Positions 1 through 9,478 of a stretch of DNA of 32,000 bases are shown here, in pieces. Under the pieces are notes generated by a model. It was not told the DNA's origin. It worked only from the letters and a program-made list of their open reading frames with translations, and made no database searches. The DNA comes from Mesobacillus jeotgali. GTDB lineage: Bacteria > Bacillota > Bacilli > Bacillales > Cytobacillaceae. Location: contig NZ_CP025025.1 of NCBI RefSeq assembly GCF_002874535.1, forward strand, positions 2,905,312 to 2,937,311, read 5' to 3'. The translations under genes were made by a program, and so were the position numbers. Each line of letters begins with the position of its first letter. Positions within the stretch are counted from its first letter, which is position 1.

Positions 1-1
1 T

Positions 2-19
2 CATACCGGAATCCCTCCC
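2..19 (-). promoter_or_regulatory. Shine-Dalgarno plus start codon of a gene that runs off the left edge
   Basis: The minus strand reads GGGAGGG (19..13), then 8 nt, then ATG (4..2). Only the start codon lies inside the window. Confidence 0.35.
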
Positions 20-85
20 AATCTGTAATTCTACAATAAGACCGGGTTTTTAGCCAATTTTACATATAACACAATTAAACCAGAT

Positions 86-110
86 AAAAAAAGCTGCGGG
101 AGAGCAGCTT
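86..110 (-). terminator. Rho-independent terminator after lysA
   Basis: Stem AAGCTGC / GCAGCTT (91-97 / 104-110) with a 6-nt loop. It is followed on the minus strand by a T run (plus-strand A run 86-90). It starts at the lysA stop codon. Confidence 0.6.
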
Positions 111-1428
111 AATTTTTCACCTTTTCTTTAAAAGGAAGATCCAATTTTACCATGTCTTCAAATGTTTCGCGGCGGACCACCAGTGTGTCCTTGGAATCCT
201 CCAAGAAAACGACCGCAGGCCTTGGAAGGCGATTATAGTTATTGGCCATTGAATACCCGTAGGCACCCGTACAAAAAACAGCCAGAAGATCTTGGTCACC
301 AGACTTTGGCAGCGGAAGGTCCCAGATTAGCATATCTCCCGATTCACAACACTTCCCGGCAATCGATACGGTCTCTTCAGGTTTGTCCATTACTCTGTTT
401 GCAAGGATTGCTTCGTATTTAGCCTGGTACAATGCCGGACGAATATTATCGCTCATTCCGCCATCGACAGCAACGTACTGGCGGACATTTGGAACATCCT
501 TTCTAGAGCCGATGCGGTAAAGGGTGGTACCGGCATCCCCAACAAGGGAACGTCCTGGCTCGATCCAGATTTCCGGCATATTCATCGAATAGTGAGAAGC
601 TTGCTTTTTGACCTCAGTAATAATCTCTTCTACATATTGTGCTGCAGGAATAGGATCATCTTCATCGGTATAGCGAATCCCAAAACCACCGCCAAGATTG
701 AGGACTGTAGAGTTGAAAGACAGATCCTTTTTCCATTGATGGAGTTTTTCAAAAATCTTCTGTGCTGCGAGGATGAATCCTGTTGTTTCGAAAATCTGTG
801 AACCTATATGGCAATGCAGTCCGAGAACATCAATATTCTTGTCTTCAAGGCAAAGTTTCATAGCCGCATCAGCCTGTCCATTCTGTAAATCAAATCCAAA
901 CTTTGAATCTTCCTGGCCAGTTAAAATATAATCATGTGTATGTGCTTCAATACCAGGTGTAACTCGTAATAGAACTTTGACTGCTGTATTCTTCTCTTTG
1001 CAAATATCCTTCAGCATGTCGAGTTCATAAAAGTTATCGACTACGATACAGCCGACATTGTTCTCAAGAGCCATTACCAGCTCTTCCCGGCTTTTATTGT
1101 TTCCATGGAAATGGATTCTTTCTGTAGGGAAGCCAGCAGCTAGCGCCGTATAGAGCTCGCCGCCAGAAACGACATCAAGCGAAAGTTGTTCCTCCGCAGC
1201 TAATTGCACCATCGCTACGGTTGAAAAAGCTTTGCTCGCATACGCTACTTGAGCGGTAATTCCGGCAGTCTCGAAAGTTCTTTTAAAAGCTCTTGCACGC
1301 TCCCTGATCAAGGCCACGTCATAAACATACAGCGGGGTTCCATATTTTTCAGCTAATTCGATTGTATCGACACCGCCAATTTCCAAATGCCCTAGTCGGT
1401 TAACCTTTGCAGTTCCATGAAATTCCAT
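109..1428 (-). CDS. lysA: Diaminopimelate decarboxylase
   Basis: The 439-aa ORF has the hallmarks of PLP-dependent Orn/DAP/Arg decarboxylases: YASKAF lysine region, HIGSQ, EPGRSLV, CESGD. An SD (GAGGGGA) lies upstream. It sits next to spoVAF, as in B. subtilis. Confidence 0.95.
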   Translation of the reverse strand: MEFHGTAKVNRLGHLEIGGVDTIELAEKYGTPLYVYDVALIRERARAFKRTFETAGITAQVAYASKAFSTVAMVQLAAEEQLSLDVVSGGELYTALAAGFPTERIHFHGNNKSREELVMALENNVGCIVVDNFYELDMLKDICKEKNTAVKVLLRVTPGIEAHTHDYILTGQEDSKFGFDLQNGQADAAMKLCLEDKNIDVLGLHCHIGSQIFETTGFILAAQKIFEKLHQWKKDLSFNSTVLNLGGGFGIRYTDEDDPIPAAQYVEEIITEVKKQASHYSMNMPEIWIEPGRSLVGDAGTTLYRIGSRKDVPNVRQYVAVDGGMSDNIRPALYQAKYEAILANRVMDKPEETVSIAGKCCESGDMLIWDLPLPKSGDQDLLAVFCTGAYGYSMANNYNRLPRPAVVFLEDSKDTLVVRRETFEDMVKLDLPFKEKVKN

Positions 1429-1542
1429 GTTGTCCCCTCATCCCTTGCCTATCATTTGATTTTAGCTTGGTTTCTTATTGTTCTGTTATTTAGGCATAGT
1501 CGTTTACCTTTTAAGGTACTATAACGCTTAGCCATGAATAAT

Positions 1543-1588
1543 AAATAAATAGACAGTTCACCTGATGAACTGTCTATTTATTTTTCGC
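1543..1588. terminator. Bidirectional-looking terminator hairpin between spoVAF and lysA
   Basis: Perfect 18-bp inverted repeat AAATAAATAGACAGTTCA / TGAACTGTCTATTTATTT (1543-1560 / 1566-1583) with a 5-nt loop. T-rich tracts follow on both strands. It lies 66 nt downstream of the spoVAF stop. Confidence 0.7.
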
Positions 1589-1653
1589 TTTTATTCTTTA
1601 GTAAATTAAAAACACTTTATCATAATTCGAGGGAACGCGCAATTGTAACTTGA

Positions 1654-3132
1654 TTAGGATTTTGATGGCTGTTTGTAGCGGTTCCTTGCATGGACGATGC
1701 TTGGCCGGATTTTCGATCCTGGCACAGCCCTCCTGATCAAAATCTGCATAAATGCGACAGGGTGAAATGGAATGAATGGCCATAGGTAAGGAGTGTTCAA
1801 GGATTTAATACTAGCAAGCAGCAGCAGCCAAACTGTGGTACCTGCTACAAACCCAGGAACATGGAATATAGCAGTCGAAATCAACAGGAATACCCTTCCT
1901 AATTTGTTTGCAATACTTAGTTCATAACTTGGTGTCGCATATGTCCCGATTGCCGCCACAGCTACATAAAGGATGACTTCTGGCACGAACATCCCTACAT
2001 CGATTGCGATTTGCCCGATCAGGACTGCAGCGATTAAACCCATTGCTGTGGAGAGTGGTGTCGGCGTATGGATGGCCGCCATCCTCAAGAACTCAATGCC
2101 TCCATCTGCAAGCATGATTTGCAAGAAAATCGGAATATTGGAATCTTCATTAGGCCCGATGAATGAAATTTTATCTGGAAGCAGGTCCGGATTCTGCACA
2201 AATAAATACCATAACGGCAAAAGCAATAGTGATGCAAGCACTCCAAGGAATCGTACCCAGCGAACCATTGTGCCGACTCCAGGTGATTGCCTGTACTCTT
2301 CAGCATGTTGAAGATGATGGAAATAGGTCGTTGGCGTAATGATGACACTCGGAGATGTATCCACATAAATTAGGACATGTCCTTCTAGCAGATGGGTCGC
2401 CGCCACATCGGCCCGTTCCGTATACCTTACTAGCGGGTAAGGATTATAACCCTGTTTTACAAGGAATTCCTCAATTGTCTTATCTGCCATGGTAATACCA
2501 TCTATTTTGATTGATTTAAGTTCCTTTTTGATGACCTCGATCAATCCCGGATTCGCTATATCTTTTATATATCCAATTGCAACATCTGATTTTGACCTTT
2601 CCCCTACCTTCATCATTTCGAAACGCAGATTTTCATCCCTGATCCGTCTTCTGGTTAACGCAGTATTGACAATGATATTTTCTACAAAGCCATCACGAGA
2701 TCCGCGCACAACCTTTTCGGTATCAGGCTCTTGGGGTTGTCTTCCGGGGTAGCTTCTTACATCGACTACCAGTCCGATTGATTCACCTTCAACCAATATG
2801 ACGATAAGTCCAGAAAGAACCTGATCGACAAGTTCATCCATCGTTTTGATCTTCTCGACGGATTGGTGGGTAATTCTATTCTCAACAATCTCCTGCAGAT
2901 GGGTTGAAAGTTTTTCATTATCATTTATATCCACAAGTTCTTCAACGATATGTACGATGAAGCTTGTATCGCACAACCCATTCACATAATAAAAATGGAC
3001 ATTTTTCTTCAGTATTTTCAGCTTCCTGACCCCAAGGTCAAAACTTGCTTCAAGGCCAACGCGTTCTATCATATACTTTTCAGCTTCGTCCAATGATCGC
3101 GGGATTGGTAGCTTATCATTCTTCTCTGCCAT
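1654..3132 (-). CDS. spoVAF: Stage V sporulation protein AF (GerA-A-like membrane protein)
   Basis: Long ORF with a soluble N-terminal GerA-type domain and a C-terminal multi-TM region. The start is moved from the track TTG (3150) to ATG 3132 (MAEKNDK...), preceded by AAAGGAG and 8 nt. It overlaps the spoVAEa stop by 17 nt. Confidence 0.9.
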   Translation of the reverse strand: MAEKNDKLPIPRSLDEAEKYMIERVGLEASFDLGVRKLKILKKNVHFYYVNGLCDTSFIVHIVEELVDINDNEKLSTHLQEIVENRITHQSVEKIKTMDELVDQVLSGLIVILVEGESIGLVVDVRSYPGRQPQEPDTEKVVRGSRDGFVENIIVNTALTRRRIRDENLRFEMMKVGERSKSDVAIGYIKDIANPGLIEVIKKELKSIKIDGITMADKTIEEFLVKQGYNPYPLVRYTERADVAATHLLEGHVLIYVDTSPSVIITPTTYFHHLQHAEEYRQSPGVGTMVRWVRFLGVLASLLLLPLWYLFVQNPDLLPDKISFIGPNEDSNIPIFLQIMLADGGIEFLRMAAIHTPTPLSTAMGLIAAVLIGQIAIDVGMFVPEVILYVAVAAIGTYATPSYELSIANKLGRVFLLISTAIFHVPGFVAGTTVWLLLLASIKSLNTPYLWPFIPFHPVAFMQILIRRAVPGSKIRPSIVHARNRYKQPSKS

Positions 3133-3694
3133 AGAATCCGCTCCTTTCAAGGATGATTTCCACTGCTTTTTTCGTTATCGGCGAACCTAACTTATAGTGA
3201 TCACGCCTTGCCATTTTACCGATATCTCCTATCCCGATTATTAAGGGGACATCAAGAGTATCCAAACAGTACACCGTATCTCCATTAATCCTCCCCATCT
3301 CAAGCTCTGGCACCCCATGTTTATCAACACCATATGGCGTGAGTTCACCATCTCGGTCTATACAAAAATCCACTCGGCTCCATTCCGCCATATGCGTTTT
3401 CGACGCAACGGCTATCGCACCCAGAACCTCAATGTCCTTATGCTCCGCTACGTATTTCAGCGCTTTCTCGCCTGCTCCTTCTCCAAGAAAACCACTATCA
3501 TCAAACATGACCAATACTGGATCATTGGCTGCTTTCTTGATCAATTTAACAAGCTGTGGACCCGAAAGGACAGAAGGATTTCCATGTGAAAGAGAGATAC
3601 AGCGCCCGCCAACATCCGCAGCAACACTCTCAACCGCACGCCGGGCATAATCATCACCATCTGTAATTAAGATTACCTTCCTTTTTTCGGCCAT
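3116..3694 (-). CDS. spoVAEA: Stage V sporulation protein AEa (soluble SpoVAE N-terminal paralogue)
   Basis: The 192-aa soluble protein (VILITDGD..., [19 protein letters not shown]) matches my recollection of B. subtilis SpoVAEA. It lies immediately upstream of spoVAF. Confidence 0.8.
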   Translation of the reverse strand: MAEKRKVILITDGDDYARRAVESVAADVGGRCISLSHGNPSVLSGPQLVKLIKKAANDPVLVMFDDSGFLGEGAGEKALKYVAEHKDIEVLGAIAVASKTHMAEWSRVDFCIDRDGELTPYGVDKHGVPELEMGRINGDTVYCLDTLDVPLIIGIGDIGKMARRDHYKLGSPITKKAVEIILERSGFYGREE

Positions 3695-3769
3695 TCTTTG
3701 CCGTCCTTTCTGCAGCTCTTTTCTTCAATAAGGTGGTTGCTGGAATTTTGAAGCATTCTAAAAAGCTTT

Positions 3770-4192
3770 TTAACGTCCTACAAAGTATATCCAGTGAAAT
3801 AATGATCCGAATACTTTTCCCAGCACGATTGCCATAAGCAAGTTCTCAAGTTTGTCATCCACCCTGACTCTTTTAGCGAGGATCGGAAGTACATTCAGGA
3901 CCTCTGTCAAAGCGGCAGCCAGCATACCCACAAATATGCCACCCGCCAATCCAAGCGGAATGGTAACGAGCGGAGAAAAACTGAGAAGCGGATCCCTTAA
4001 GCTGCCGACAGTTCCCAATAAGGCCCCCAGGACAACAGACCATTCATACCAGGAAATCAATTTCATCGTCTTCGTGAGCTGTGTAAGTCTGGGTATCACT
4101 CCTAGAACGGACAAAAACGCAACAAATCCTGACCCTACCGCAAGCCCACTCGCCAGTCCCACAAGAATTATGAATAAGATACTAATCGTCAT
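3770..4192 (-). CDS. spoVAB: Stage V sporulation protein AB
   Basis: 140-aa polytopic membrane protein. It overlaps the spoVAA stop by 11 nt. Size and position match B. subtilis SpoVAB. Confidence 0.85.
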   Translation of the reverse strand: MTISILFIILVGLASGLAVGSGFVAFLSVLGVIPRLTQLTKTMKLISWYEWSVVLGALLGTVGSLRDPLLSFSPLVTIPLGLAGGIFVGMLAAALTEVLNVLPILAKRVRVDDKLENLLMAIVLGKVFGSLFHWIYFVGR

Positions 4193-4799
4193 CGATATGC
4201 TTCACGCTTTCCTTGTTTTCATGCAAAATTACATACTGATCAAGCGATTGCTGGTAGTTGAACATTTCAACTTCAAGAGGACTGGGCTCTTCATTTAATC
4301 TCTTTTTAAATACATGGTTAAAAAATAAAATCATGCCAACCCCTATTCCGATTGAATAAGGAATTTGGAATAACAGCGGCTTCTCAACTTCTTCTCCTGT
4401 CATAATGTAGTAAAGACGCTCATGGACCGTTTGCATACTGACATCCTCATGGAAATTCATAATGGTCAAAGCTGCACCGAAAAACAACAGGAACCAGACG
4501 AGAATAAAAAATGGAATCGACATACCTTTTTTCTTGTAAATCACCTCGATAATCGTTTGCGGCGGCCCAACAGCCTGAACCTCATGATCCCGATATATCC
4601 CGGTGATAAATTCAATGACCTTCATGACATCAACAATGTGGATATGATCCTTAGGCGTAACTTTAAGGACCTGAAGTGCTGCCAATTCTTCATAAATATC
4701 CTCACTGGCAATGATCTGCGCTATATCCTTTAACAAAAGTGATTCCTCAGGCTTGACCTGGACGCGATTTCTCATGCGGATATAAATCGTTTTTTCCAT
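4182..4799 (-). CDS. spoVAA: Stage V sporulation protein AA
   Basis: The start is moved from the track GTG (4817) to ATG 4799 (MEKTIYIRMRNRV...). This aligns with the remembered SpoVAA N-terminus (M-E-x-x-I-F-I-R-L-R-x-R-V). GGAAGTGA lies upstream. Confidence 0.85.
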   Translation of the reverse strand: MEKTIYIRMRNRVQVKPEESLLLKDIAQIIASEDIYEELAALQVLKVTPKDHIHIVDVMKVIEFITGIYRDHEVQAVGPPQTIIEVIYKKKGMSIPFFILVWFLLFFGAALTIMNFHEDVSMQTVHERLYYIMTGEEVEKPLLFQIPYSIGIGVGMILFFNHVFKKRLNEEPSPLEVEMFNYQQSLDQYVILHENKESVKHIDDD

Positions 4800-4836
4800 C
4801 AGATTCACTTCCAACACATTGTTTTCCTCGTATAAT

Positions 4837-4866
4837 TAGTATGGATTCCTACAGTTTTTTCATGAA
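4837..4866 (-). promoter_or_regulatory. Candidate forespore (sigma-G/F class) promoter of the spoVA operon
   Basis: The minus strand reads tCATG-N17-CATACTA. The -10 is an exact CATnnTA-type match and the -35 matches GHATR at 4 of 5 positions. It lies about 30 nt upstream of the spoVAA start. Confidence 0.4.
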
Positions 4867-4900
4867 GTCCAATAATTGGTTAAGATGACAGCTTTATTAT

Positions 4901-5066
4901 GCAATGCACAGCTTCTGCTTTTACCCTTTTTCCTTTTCCGGACGATTTTTGGGCAATGCACAGCTCCTGCTTTCACCCTTTTTTCCTTTCCGGACGATTT
5001 TCGGGCAATGGCAGGGCTTCTGCTTTTCCCCTTTCTTCCTTTCCGAACAATTTTCGGGCAATGCAG
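4901..5066. repeat. Tandem direct repeat, period 52 bp, 3 full units plus a partial unit (array A)
   Basis: Units start at 4901, 4953, 5005 and 5058 (GCAATGCACAGCT...CCGGACGATTTTNGG). Units 1 and 2 differ at 5 of 52 positions by hand alignment. The region is stop-free in 5 of 6 frames, which produces five overlapping phantom ORFs in the track. Confidence 0.9.
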
Positions 5067-5093
5067 AACTCTCAATATTGATTATCTTTCCAT

Positions 5094-5128
5094 AAAAAAA
5101 GCCATATGGATTCATAGATCCATACGGC
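5094..5128 (-). terminator. Rho-independent terminator of the spoIIA (sigF) operon
   Basis: The minus strand reads GCCGTATGGAT-ctatga-ATCCATATGGC followed by T7. This is an 11-bp stem with one G-U pair. The sigF stop codon lies in the loop. Confidence 0.7.
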
Positions 5129-5870
5129 CTTTCATTTGCTGCAGTATTTTCTTTTCGAGGCGTGAGACCTGGACCTGGGAGATTCCCAGTCGGACTGCGA
5201 CCTCGGATTGGGTTTGATCCTTATAATATCTCAAATACACGATCAGTCTTTCCCGTTCGTCCAGTTCGTTTATAGCCTCTTTTAACGCAATTTTATCGAA
5301 CCAGCGGCCTTCTTCCCCGTTGTCAATTTGATCAAGAAGAGTAATTGGGTCGCCGTCGTTTTCGTACACCGTTTCATGGATGGATGCAGGACTGCGGCTT
5401 GCTTCCTGTGCCATGATCACATCTTCAGGCGAAATTTCCAGAAACTCGGCTATTTCATTGACAGTTGGGACCCTGCCCAATGTTTTGGAAAGCTCATCCT
5501 TCGCTTTCCTGATTTTATTGCCAGTTTCTTTTAGTGACCTGCTTACTTTCACGGTACCGTCATCCCTGATGAAACGCTGAATTTCACCAATGATCATTGG
5601 AACGGCATACGTCGAAAACTTCACGTCATACGAGAGGTCAAATTTATCAACTGACTTCAAGAGGCCGATGCTGCCAATCTGGAATAGGTCGTCAGGCTCA
5701 TATCCCCTGTTGAGGAAGCGCTGGACGACAGACCATACAAGTCGCATGTTTTTCTGGACGATTAGGTCCCTTGCGGCCTGGTCCCCTTGCTGGCTTCTCA
5801 AAATCAGTTCTTTGACTTCATGGTCCTTAAGATACGTTTGGCTATTATCCTTTTTTACCTCCACATCCAT
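5112..5870 (-). CDS. sigF: RNA polymerase sporulation sigma factor F
   Basis: 252-aa sigma-70 family protein with region 2 (DLFQIGSIGLLKSVDKFD) and region 4 (QTQSEVAVRLGISQVQVSRLEKK). It is the third gene after spoIIAA-spoIIAB. Confidence 0.95.
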   Translation of the reverse strand: MDVEVKKDNSQTYLKDHEVKELILRSQQGDQAARDLIVQKNMRLVWSVVQRFLNRGYEPDDLFQIGSIGLLKSVDKFDLSYDVKFSTYAVPMIIGEIQRFIRDDGTVKVSRSLKETGNKIRKAKDELSKTLGRVPTVNEIAEFLEISPEDVIMAQEASRSPASIHETVYENDGDPITLLDQIDNGEEGRWFDKIALKEAINELDERERLIVYLRYYKDQTQSEVAVRLGISQVQVSRLEKKILQQMKGRMDL

Positions 5871-5883
5871 AGGCAGAACTCCC

Positions 5884-6324
5884 TTAATTGCACAGCGCTT
5901 TGCTCTTAGACAGGTGCTTTTTCAAACGAATCTCTGTCCCAAAGCCGGGCTCTGATCTCACTTGTACTTCGTCCATGAAATTTTCCATAATCGTAAAACC
6001 CATGCCGGACCTTTCAAGTTCAGGCTTGGATGTATAAAGTGGCTGCATGGCTTCATCGATATCTGGAATCCCTATTCCTTCGTCTTTAATCAGCATTTCC
6101 ACCGTTCCATCCTGAATCATCACAGAAATAAACACTTTTCCATCTGGATTACTTTCGTAACCGTGAATGATAGCATTGGTTACCGCTTCTGATACAACCG
6201 TCTTTATTTCAGTCAGTTCATCCATCGTTGGGTCCAGCTGTGCAATGAATGCAGCGACCGTCACGCGGGCAAAAGATTCATTTTGGCTTAACGCGCTAAA
6301 ATGAAGATTCATTTCATTCTTCAT
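5884..6324 (-). CDS. spoIIAB: Anti-sigma F factor / serine kinase
   Basis: 146-aa HATPase_c-type anti-sigma kinase ([21 protein letters not shown]). It lies between spoIIAA and sigF. Confidence 0.95.
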   Translation of the reverse strand: MKNEMNLHFSALSQNESFARVTVAAFIAQLDPTMDELTEIKTVVSEAVTNAIIHGYESNPDGKVFISVMIQDGTVEMLIKDEGIGIPDIDEAMQPLYTSKPELERSGMGFTIMENFMDEVQVRSEPGFGTEIRLKKHLSKSKALCN

Positions 6325-6327
6325 GTA

Positions 6328-6678
6328 TCAAGCAACCCCCAATCTCTCTAATGCATATTCTTCTGACGGTTCAAGACGGATAATCTTGAATAAACCCGAC
6401 ATGTCAAATAACCTCTTGATTGGCGGAGAAATTGCGCAAACTACCATCTCTCCATGGTGTTGCTTGATTTGTTTATACCTTCCTAAAACTACTCCCAGAC
6501 CCGAACTATCCATAAAGGTGAGATGTTCGAGGTTCAAGACAATGTGGCGGACTTCTTCGTTTTCAAGGGCTTTTGTTGCCTGCTCGCGAAGCTGGTCTGC
6601 AGTATGGTGATCTAATTCACCACTAACTCGAATCAATAAGACGTCATGCTTCACTTCAATATCAATGTTAAGACTCAC
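6328..6678 (-). CDS. spoIIAA: Anti-anti-sigma F factor (STAS domain)
   Basis: 116-aa STAS protein with the phosphorylatable serine context (FMDSSGLG). It is the first gene of the operon. Confidence 0.95.
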   Translation of the reverse strand: MSLNIDIEVKHDVLLIRVSGELDHHTADQLREQATKALENEEVRHIVLNLEHLTFMDSSGLGVVLGRYKQIKQHHGEMVVCAISPPIKRLFDMSGLFKIIRLEPSEEYALERLGVA

Positions 6679-6713
6679 TATCCAAAGCCTCCTTATCTGG
6701 TATAGTGAGTCAA

Positions 6714-6741
6714 ATTCTCCATTGATTCAGCCAAATCCTTC
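6714..6741 (-). promoter_or_regulatory. Sigma-H-type promoter of spoIIA operon
   Basis: The minus strand reads GAAGGATTT-N14-AGAAT. Every specified position matches the published consensus RWAGGAXXT-N14-HGAAT. It lies 36 nt upstream of the spoIIAA start. Confidence 0.65.
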
Positions 6742-6793
6742 TAAAGAACAAAACTAGTGTCTATTCGCTAAAACTAGATGGAATGGCAGTGTT

Positions 6794-6800
6794 TTCGACA
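6794..6800 (-). promoter_or_regulatory. Spo0A box (TGTCGAA)
   Basis: Exact 7-mer TGTCGAA on the minus strand, about 55 nt upstream of the sigma-H -35. A weaker TAGCGAA (6764-6770) lies closer. Confidence 0.45.
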
Positions 6801-6820
6801 ATCCAATAAGGAAATTTTCA

Positions 6821-7999
6821 TTATTGCTGGTTTCCAGCCCTCGTAAACATCCCGAATGAGCGTTTATATAAGATCCACCAGCTCGCTTTTTCCACCTTTG
6901 CATCTGCAACAAGAGGCGTTTCCGCAAGGGTCTTGCCGTCTTTTACCAGCTTCAAAGTGCCAACTCGGTCTCCTTTTTCGACCGGCGCTTTAAGACTTTT
7001 ATTCAAAGAGATTTTCTGTTTTACGTCCTTTATGTCTGCTCCTTTTTTAGTTAGGAGGGAAACACTTTCAGAGGTAACGGCATTTATTGTCTTTTTGTCA
7101 CCTTTGCTGATCGCTGCCTTTCCTAGTGGATGACCTTTTTTGAACATAGGATGTGTTTGGTATTGACTGAAAGCATAGTCCAGCATCTTCGTTACCTGTG
7201 CATTCCTGGCCTTGGAGGTAGGTGCTCCAAACACAACAGCGATCGCACGCATGCCATCCTTTTCTGCAGTAGCAGTAAGGCAATATTTCGCTTCATTCGT
7301 AAAACCTGTTTTCAGTCCATCCACTCCAGGGTAAAAACGAACGAGCTTATTCGTATTGACTAGCCAGAATTTCTTATCAGAATCTTCACGGAGATAATCT
7401 TCATATGTTCCAGTGAATTTGGTTATTTTTTCGTATTTCAACAAATCTTTTGCCATCATGGCCATATCATATGCCGAGCTATAATGCCCATCGACAGGCA
7501 ATCCGGTTGTATTCTTGAATTCTGTATTCTTCAGGCCGAGTTCCTTTACTTTCTCATTCATCATTTTGACGAATGCTTCTTCTGAGCCGCCAATACGTTC
7601 AGCCATAGCAACTGAAGCATCATTTCCAGAGCCGATTGCGATTCCTTTCAACAATTGCTCAACTGTCATTTCTTCTCCTGGCTCAAGGAAGATTTGAGAT
7701 CCTCCCATAGAAGCGGCATATTCACTGGCCCGGACCTTTTCATCCATTTTCAGCCTTCCCTCATCGAGCGCTTCCATGATCAAAAGCATCGTCATGATTT
7801 TAGTCATGCTGGCTGGCGGCAGCTTTTCATGACTGTTTTTATCAAATAGAACCTGACCTGTGTCACGTTCAATCAAAATAGCTGAACTGGCATCATCGGC
7901 GAGTCCAGAATCTCCTTCATTCGCATATCCTTTTGGGGAGAAAATTGAAGCGCCCATCATAAAAACAAGCAGTAAACTCGTTAACTTTTTCAGATTCAT
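6821..7999 (-). CDS. dacF: D-alanyl-D-alanine carboxypeptidase (sporulation PBP)
   Basis: S11 peptidase motifs are present: SMTK active site, SGN, KTG. A signal peptide begins MNLKKLTSLLLVFMMGASIF. The start is set at ATG 7999 (GGAGGG plus 8 nt). The track ORF extension to 8203 runs through a terminator into pdp and is not credible. Confidence 0.9.
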   Translation of the reverse strand: MNLKKLTSLLLVFMMGASIFSPKGYANEGDSGLADDASSAILIERDTGQVLFDKNSHEKLPPASMTKIMTMLLIMEALDEGRLKMDEKVRASEYAASMGGSQIFLEPGEEMTVEQLLKGIAIGSGNDASVAMAERIGGSEEAFVKMMNEKVKELGLKNTEFKNTTGLPVDGHYSSAYDMAMMAKDLLKYEKITKFTGTYEDYLREDSDKKFWLVNTNKLVRFYPGVDGLKTGFTNEAKYCLTATAEKDGMRAIAVVFGAPTSKARNAQVTKMLDYAFSQYQTHPMFKKGHPLGKAAISKGDKKTINAVTSESVSLLTKKGADIKDVKQKISLNKSLKAPVEKGDRVGTLKLVKDGKTLAETPLVADAKVEKASWWILYKRSFGMFTRAGNQQ

Positions 8000-8028
8000 G
8001 GCCATAACCCTCCTATCTTTATAGGGTC

Positions 8029-8057
8029 TATTTTTTCCAACGAATCCATTTTTATAC
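8029..8057 (-). promoter_or_regulatory. Candidate forespore sigma-F-like promoter of dacF
   Basis: The minus strand reads GTATA-N14-GGAAAAAATA. It resembles GCATR-N15-GGHRARHTX but the -10 is one base out of register. Confidence 0.35.
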
Positions 8058-8090
8058 AAACAAGGTATATAAAACCGATATTTTTGCACA

Positions 8091-8124
8091 CAAAAAAGCG
8101 AAGAGTCACCCTCTTCGCTTTTTC
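8091..8124 (-). terminator. Rho-independent terminator after pdp
   Basis: Stem GCGAAGAG / CTCTTCGC (8098-8105 / 8111-8118) with a 5-nt loop. It is flanked by an A6 run and a T5 run, so it looks bidirectional. Confidence 0.75.
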
Positions 8125-8132
8125 TACTTTGT

Positions 8133-9437
8133 TTATTCTGTAATTTCTTCATGTACCAAAATTGGTGCATCAACATGTTCGCTTGAGACCTTAATATTTT
8201 CATACAGCATTTCTTTCACTTCATTTACATCCTCGAAGTTGCTGTAAATGGTTAAAAGGGAGTCGCCTTTTTCGACTTTGTCGCCGATTTTCTTCCTCAA
8301 TACCAAACCAACCGCCAAATCGATTTCCGATTCTTTTGTCGCTCTTCCTGCACCAAGAAGCATTGCGGCAGTACCCACTTCGTCAGCAACGATTTCTGCA
8401 ACATAGCCTGCTTCTTTTGCTTCAAGTTCGTAGGTGTATTTTGCCTGAGGAAGCCTGCTTGGATCATCAACAACAGAGGCATCGCCACCCTGAGATGCCA
8501 GGAATACCTTGAATGTTTCAAGAGCCGATCCGTTATTGATCACTTCTTCTAATTTGCTGCGTGCTTCTCCAAGGGACTCAGCTTTTCCAGCCAGGAACAC
8601 CATGTGACTTCCGAGCGTCAAGCAAAGTTCTGTCAGGTCTTCTGGACCTTCACCCTTCAATGTATCGATTGCTTCCTTAACCTCTAAAGCATTACCGATT
8701 GCATATCCCAACGGCTGGCTCATGTCTGAAATAACAGCCATTGTCCTGCGGCCGACATTGTTTCCGATCCGCACCATTGCCTTTGCCAGTTCACGGGAAT
8801 CATCGAGCGTCTTCATGAATGCACCTGCACCTGTTTTAACGTCCAGGACAATCGCGTCAGCACCTGCAGCAATCTTCTTGCTCATAATTGAGCTGGCGAT
8901 TAGAGGGATACTGTCAACAGTTGCGGTTACATCACGCAATGAATAGAGCTTTTTATCAGCCGGAGTCAGGTTACCGCTTTGGCCGATAACCGCAATTTTA
9001 TTTTTATTTACGAGATTGATGAATTCGTCATTGTCGATTTCGACATGGAAGCCTTCAACGGATTCCAGCTTGTCGATTGTTCCGCCCGTATGACCAAGGC
9101 CGCGCCCTGACATTTTTGCAACTGGGACACCTACAGCAGCAACTAATGGTCCTAAAACAAGGGTTGTTGTATCGCCTACACCACCTGTAGAGTGCTTGTC
9201 GACTTTTACTCCTTCAATGGCAGAAAGGTCGATTTGGTCACCAGACTTCACCATCGCCATCGTAAGGTCAGCACGTTCTTTTTCCGTCATTCCCTGGAAG
9301 AAAATCGCCATTGTCAGCGCACTTACCTGATAATCAGGAATCGAGCCATCTGTATACCCATCAACAAAAAATTGGATTTCTTCAGTTGATAATTCATGTC
9401 CGTCACGCTTTTTTTCTATAACGTCAACCATTCTCAT
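8133..9437 (-). CDS. pdp: Pyrimidine-nucleoside phosphorylase
   Basis: Glycosyl-transferase family 3 motifs are present ([20 protein letters not shown]). The start is set at MRMVD (ATG 9437), consistent with the remembered B. subtilis Pdp N-terminus. Confidence 0.9.
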   Translation of the reverse strand: MRMVDVIEKKRDGHELSTEEIQFFVDGYTDGSIPDYQVSALTMAIFFQGMTEKERADLTMAMVKSGDQIDLSAIEGVKVDKHSTGGVGDTTTLVLGPLVAAVGVPVAKMSGRGLGHTGGTIDKLESVEGFHVEIDNDEFINLVNKNKIAVIGQSGNLTPADKKLYSLRDVTATVDSIPLIASSIMSKKIAAGADAIVLDVKTGAGAFMKTLDDSRELAKAMVRIGNNVGRRTMAVISDMSQPLGYAIGNALEVKEAIDTLKGEGPEDLTELCLTLGSHMVFLAGKAESLGEARSKLEEVINNGSALETFKVFLASQGGDASVVDDPSRLPQAKYTYELEAKEAGYVAEIVADEVGTAAMLLGAGRATKESEIDLAVGLVLRKKIGDKVEKGDSLLTIYSNFEDVNEVKEMLYENIKVSSEHVDAPILVHEEITE

Positions 9438-9478
9438 CATTATCACCACTTATCATTATTTAGCCGGTAAGCTATGGA

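Noticed and set aside
1429-1542. Possible lysine (L-box) riboswitch in the lysA leader.
   Set aside because: Only about 114 nt lie between the upstream terminator hairpin and the lysA start. That is too short for an L-box of roughly 180 nt. I could not find the conserved helices or a leader terminator/antiterminator pair.
4860-5217. Five overlapping track ORFs (60-113 aa, both strands) covering 4860-5217.
   Set aside because: They arise because the 52-bp tandem repeat lacks stop codons in most frames. Their translations are periodic low-complexity strings (for example CPKIVRKGKKGKSRS repeated). None has an SD or start context, and the region lies between a terminator and a promoter.
7999-8203. 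N-terminal extension of the dacF ORF (track start 8203) overlapping the 3' end of pdp.
   Set aside because: The extension crosses a strong terminator hairpin (8098-8118) and a promoter-like region. The signal peptide and SD support the start at 7999.
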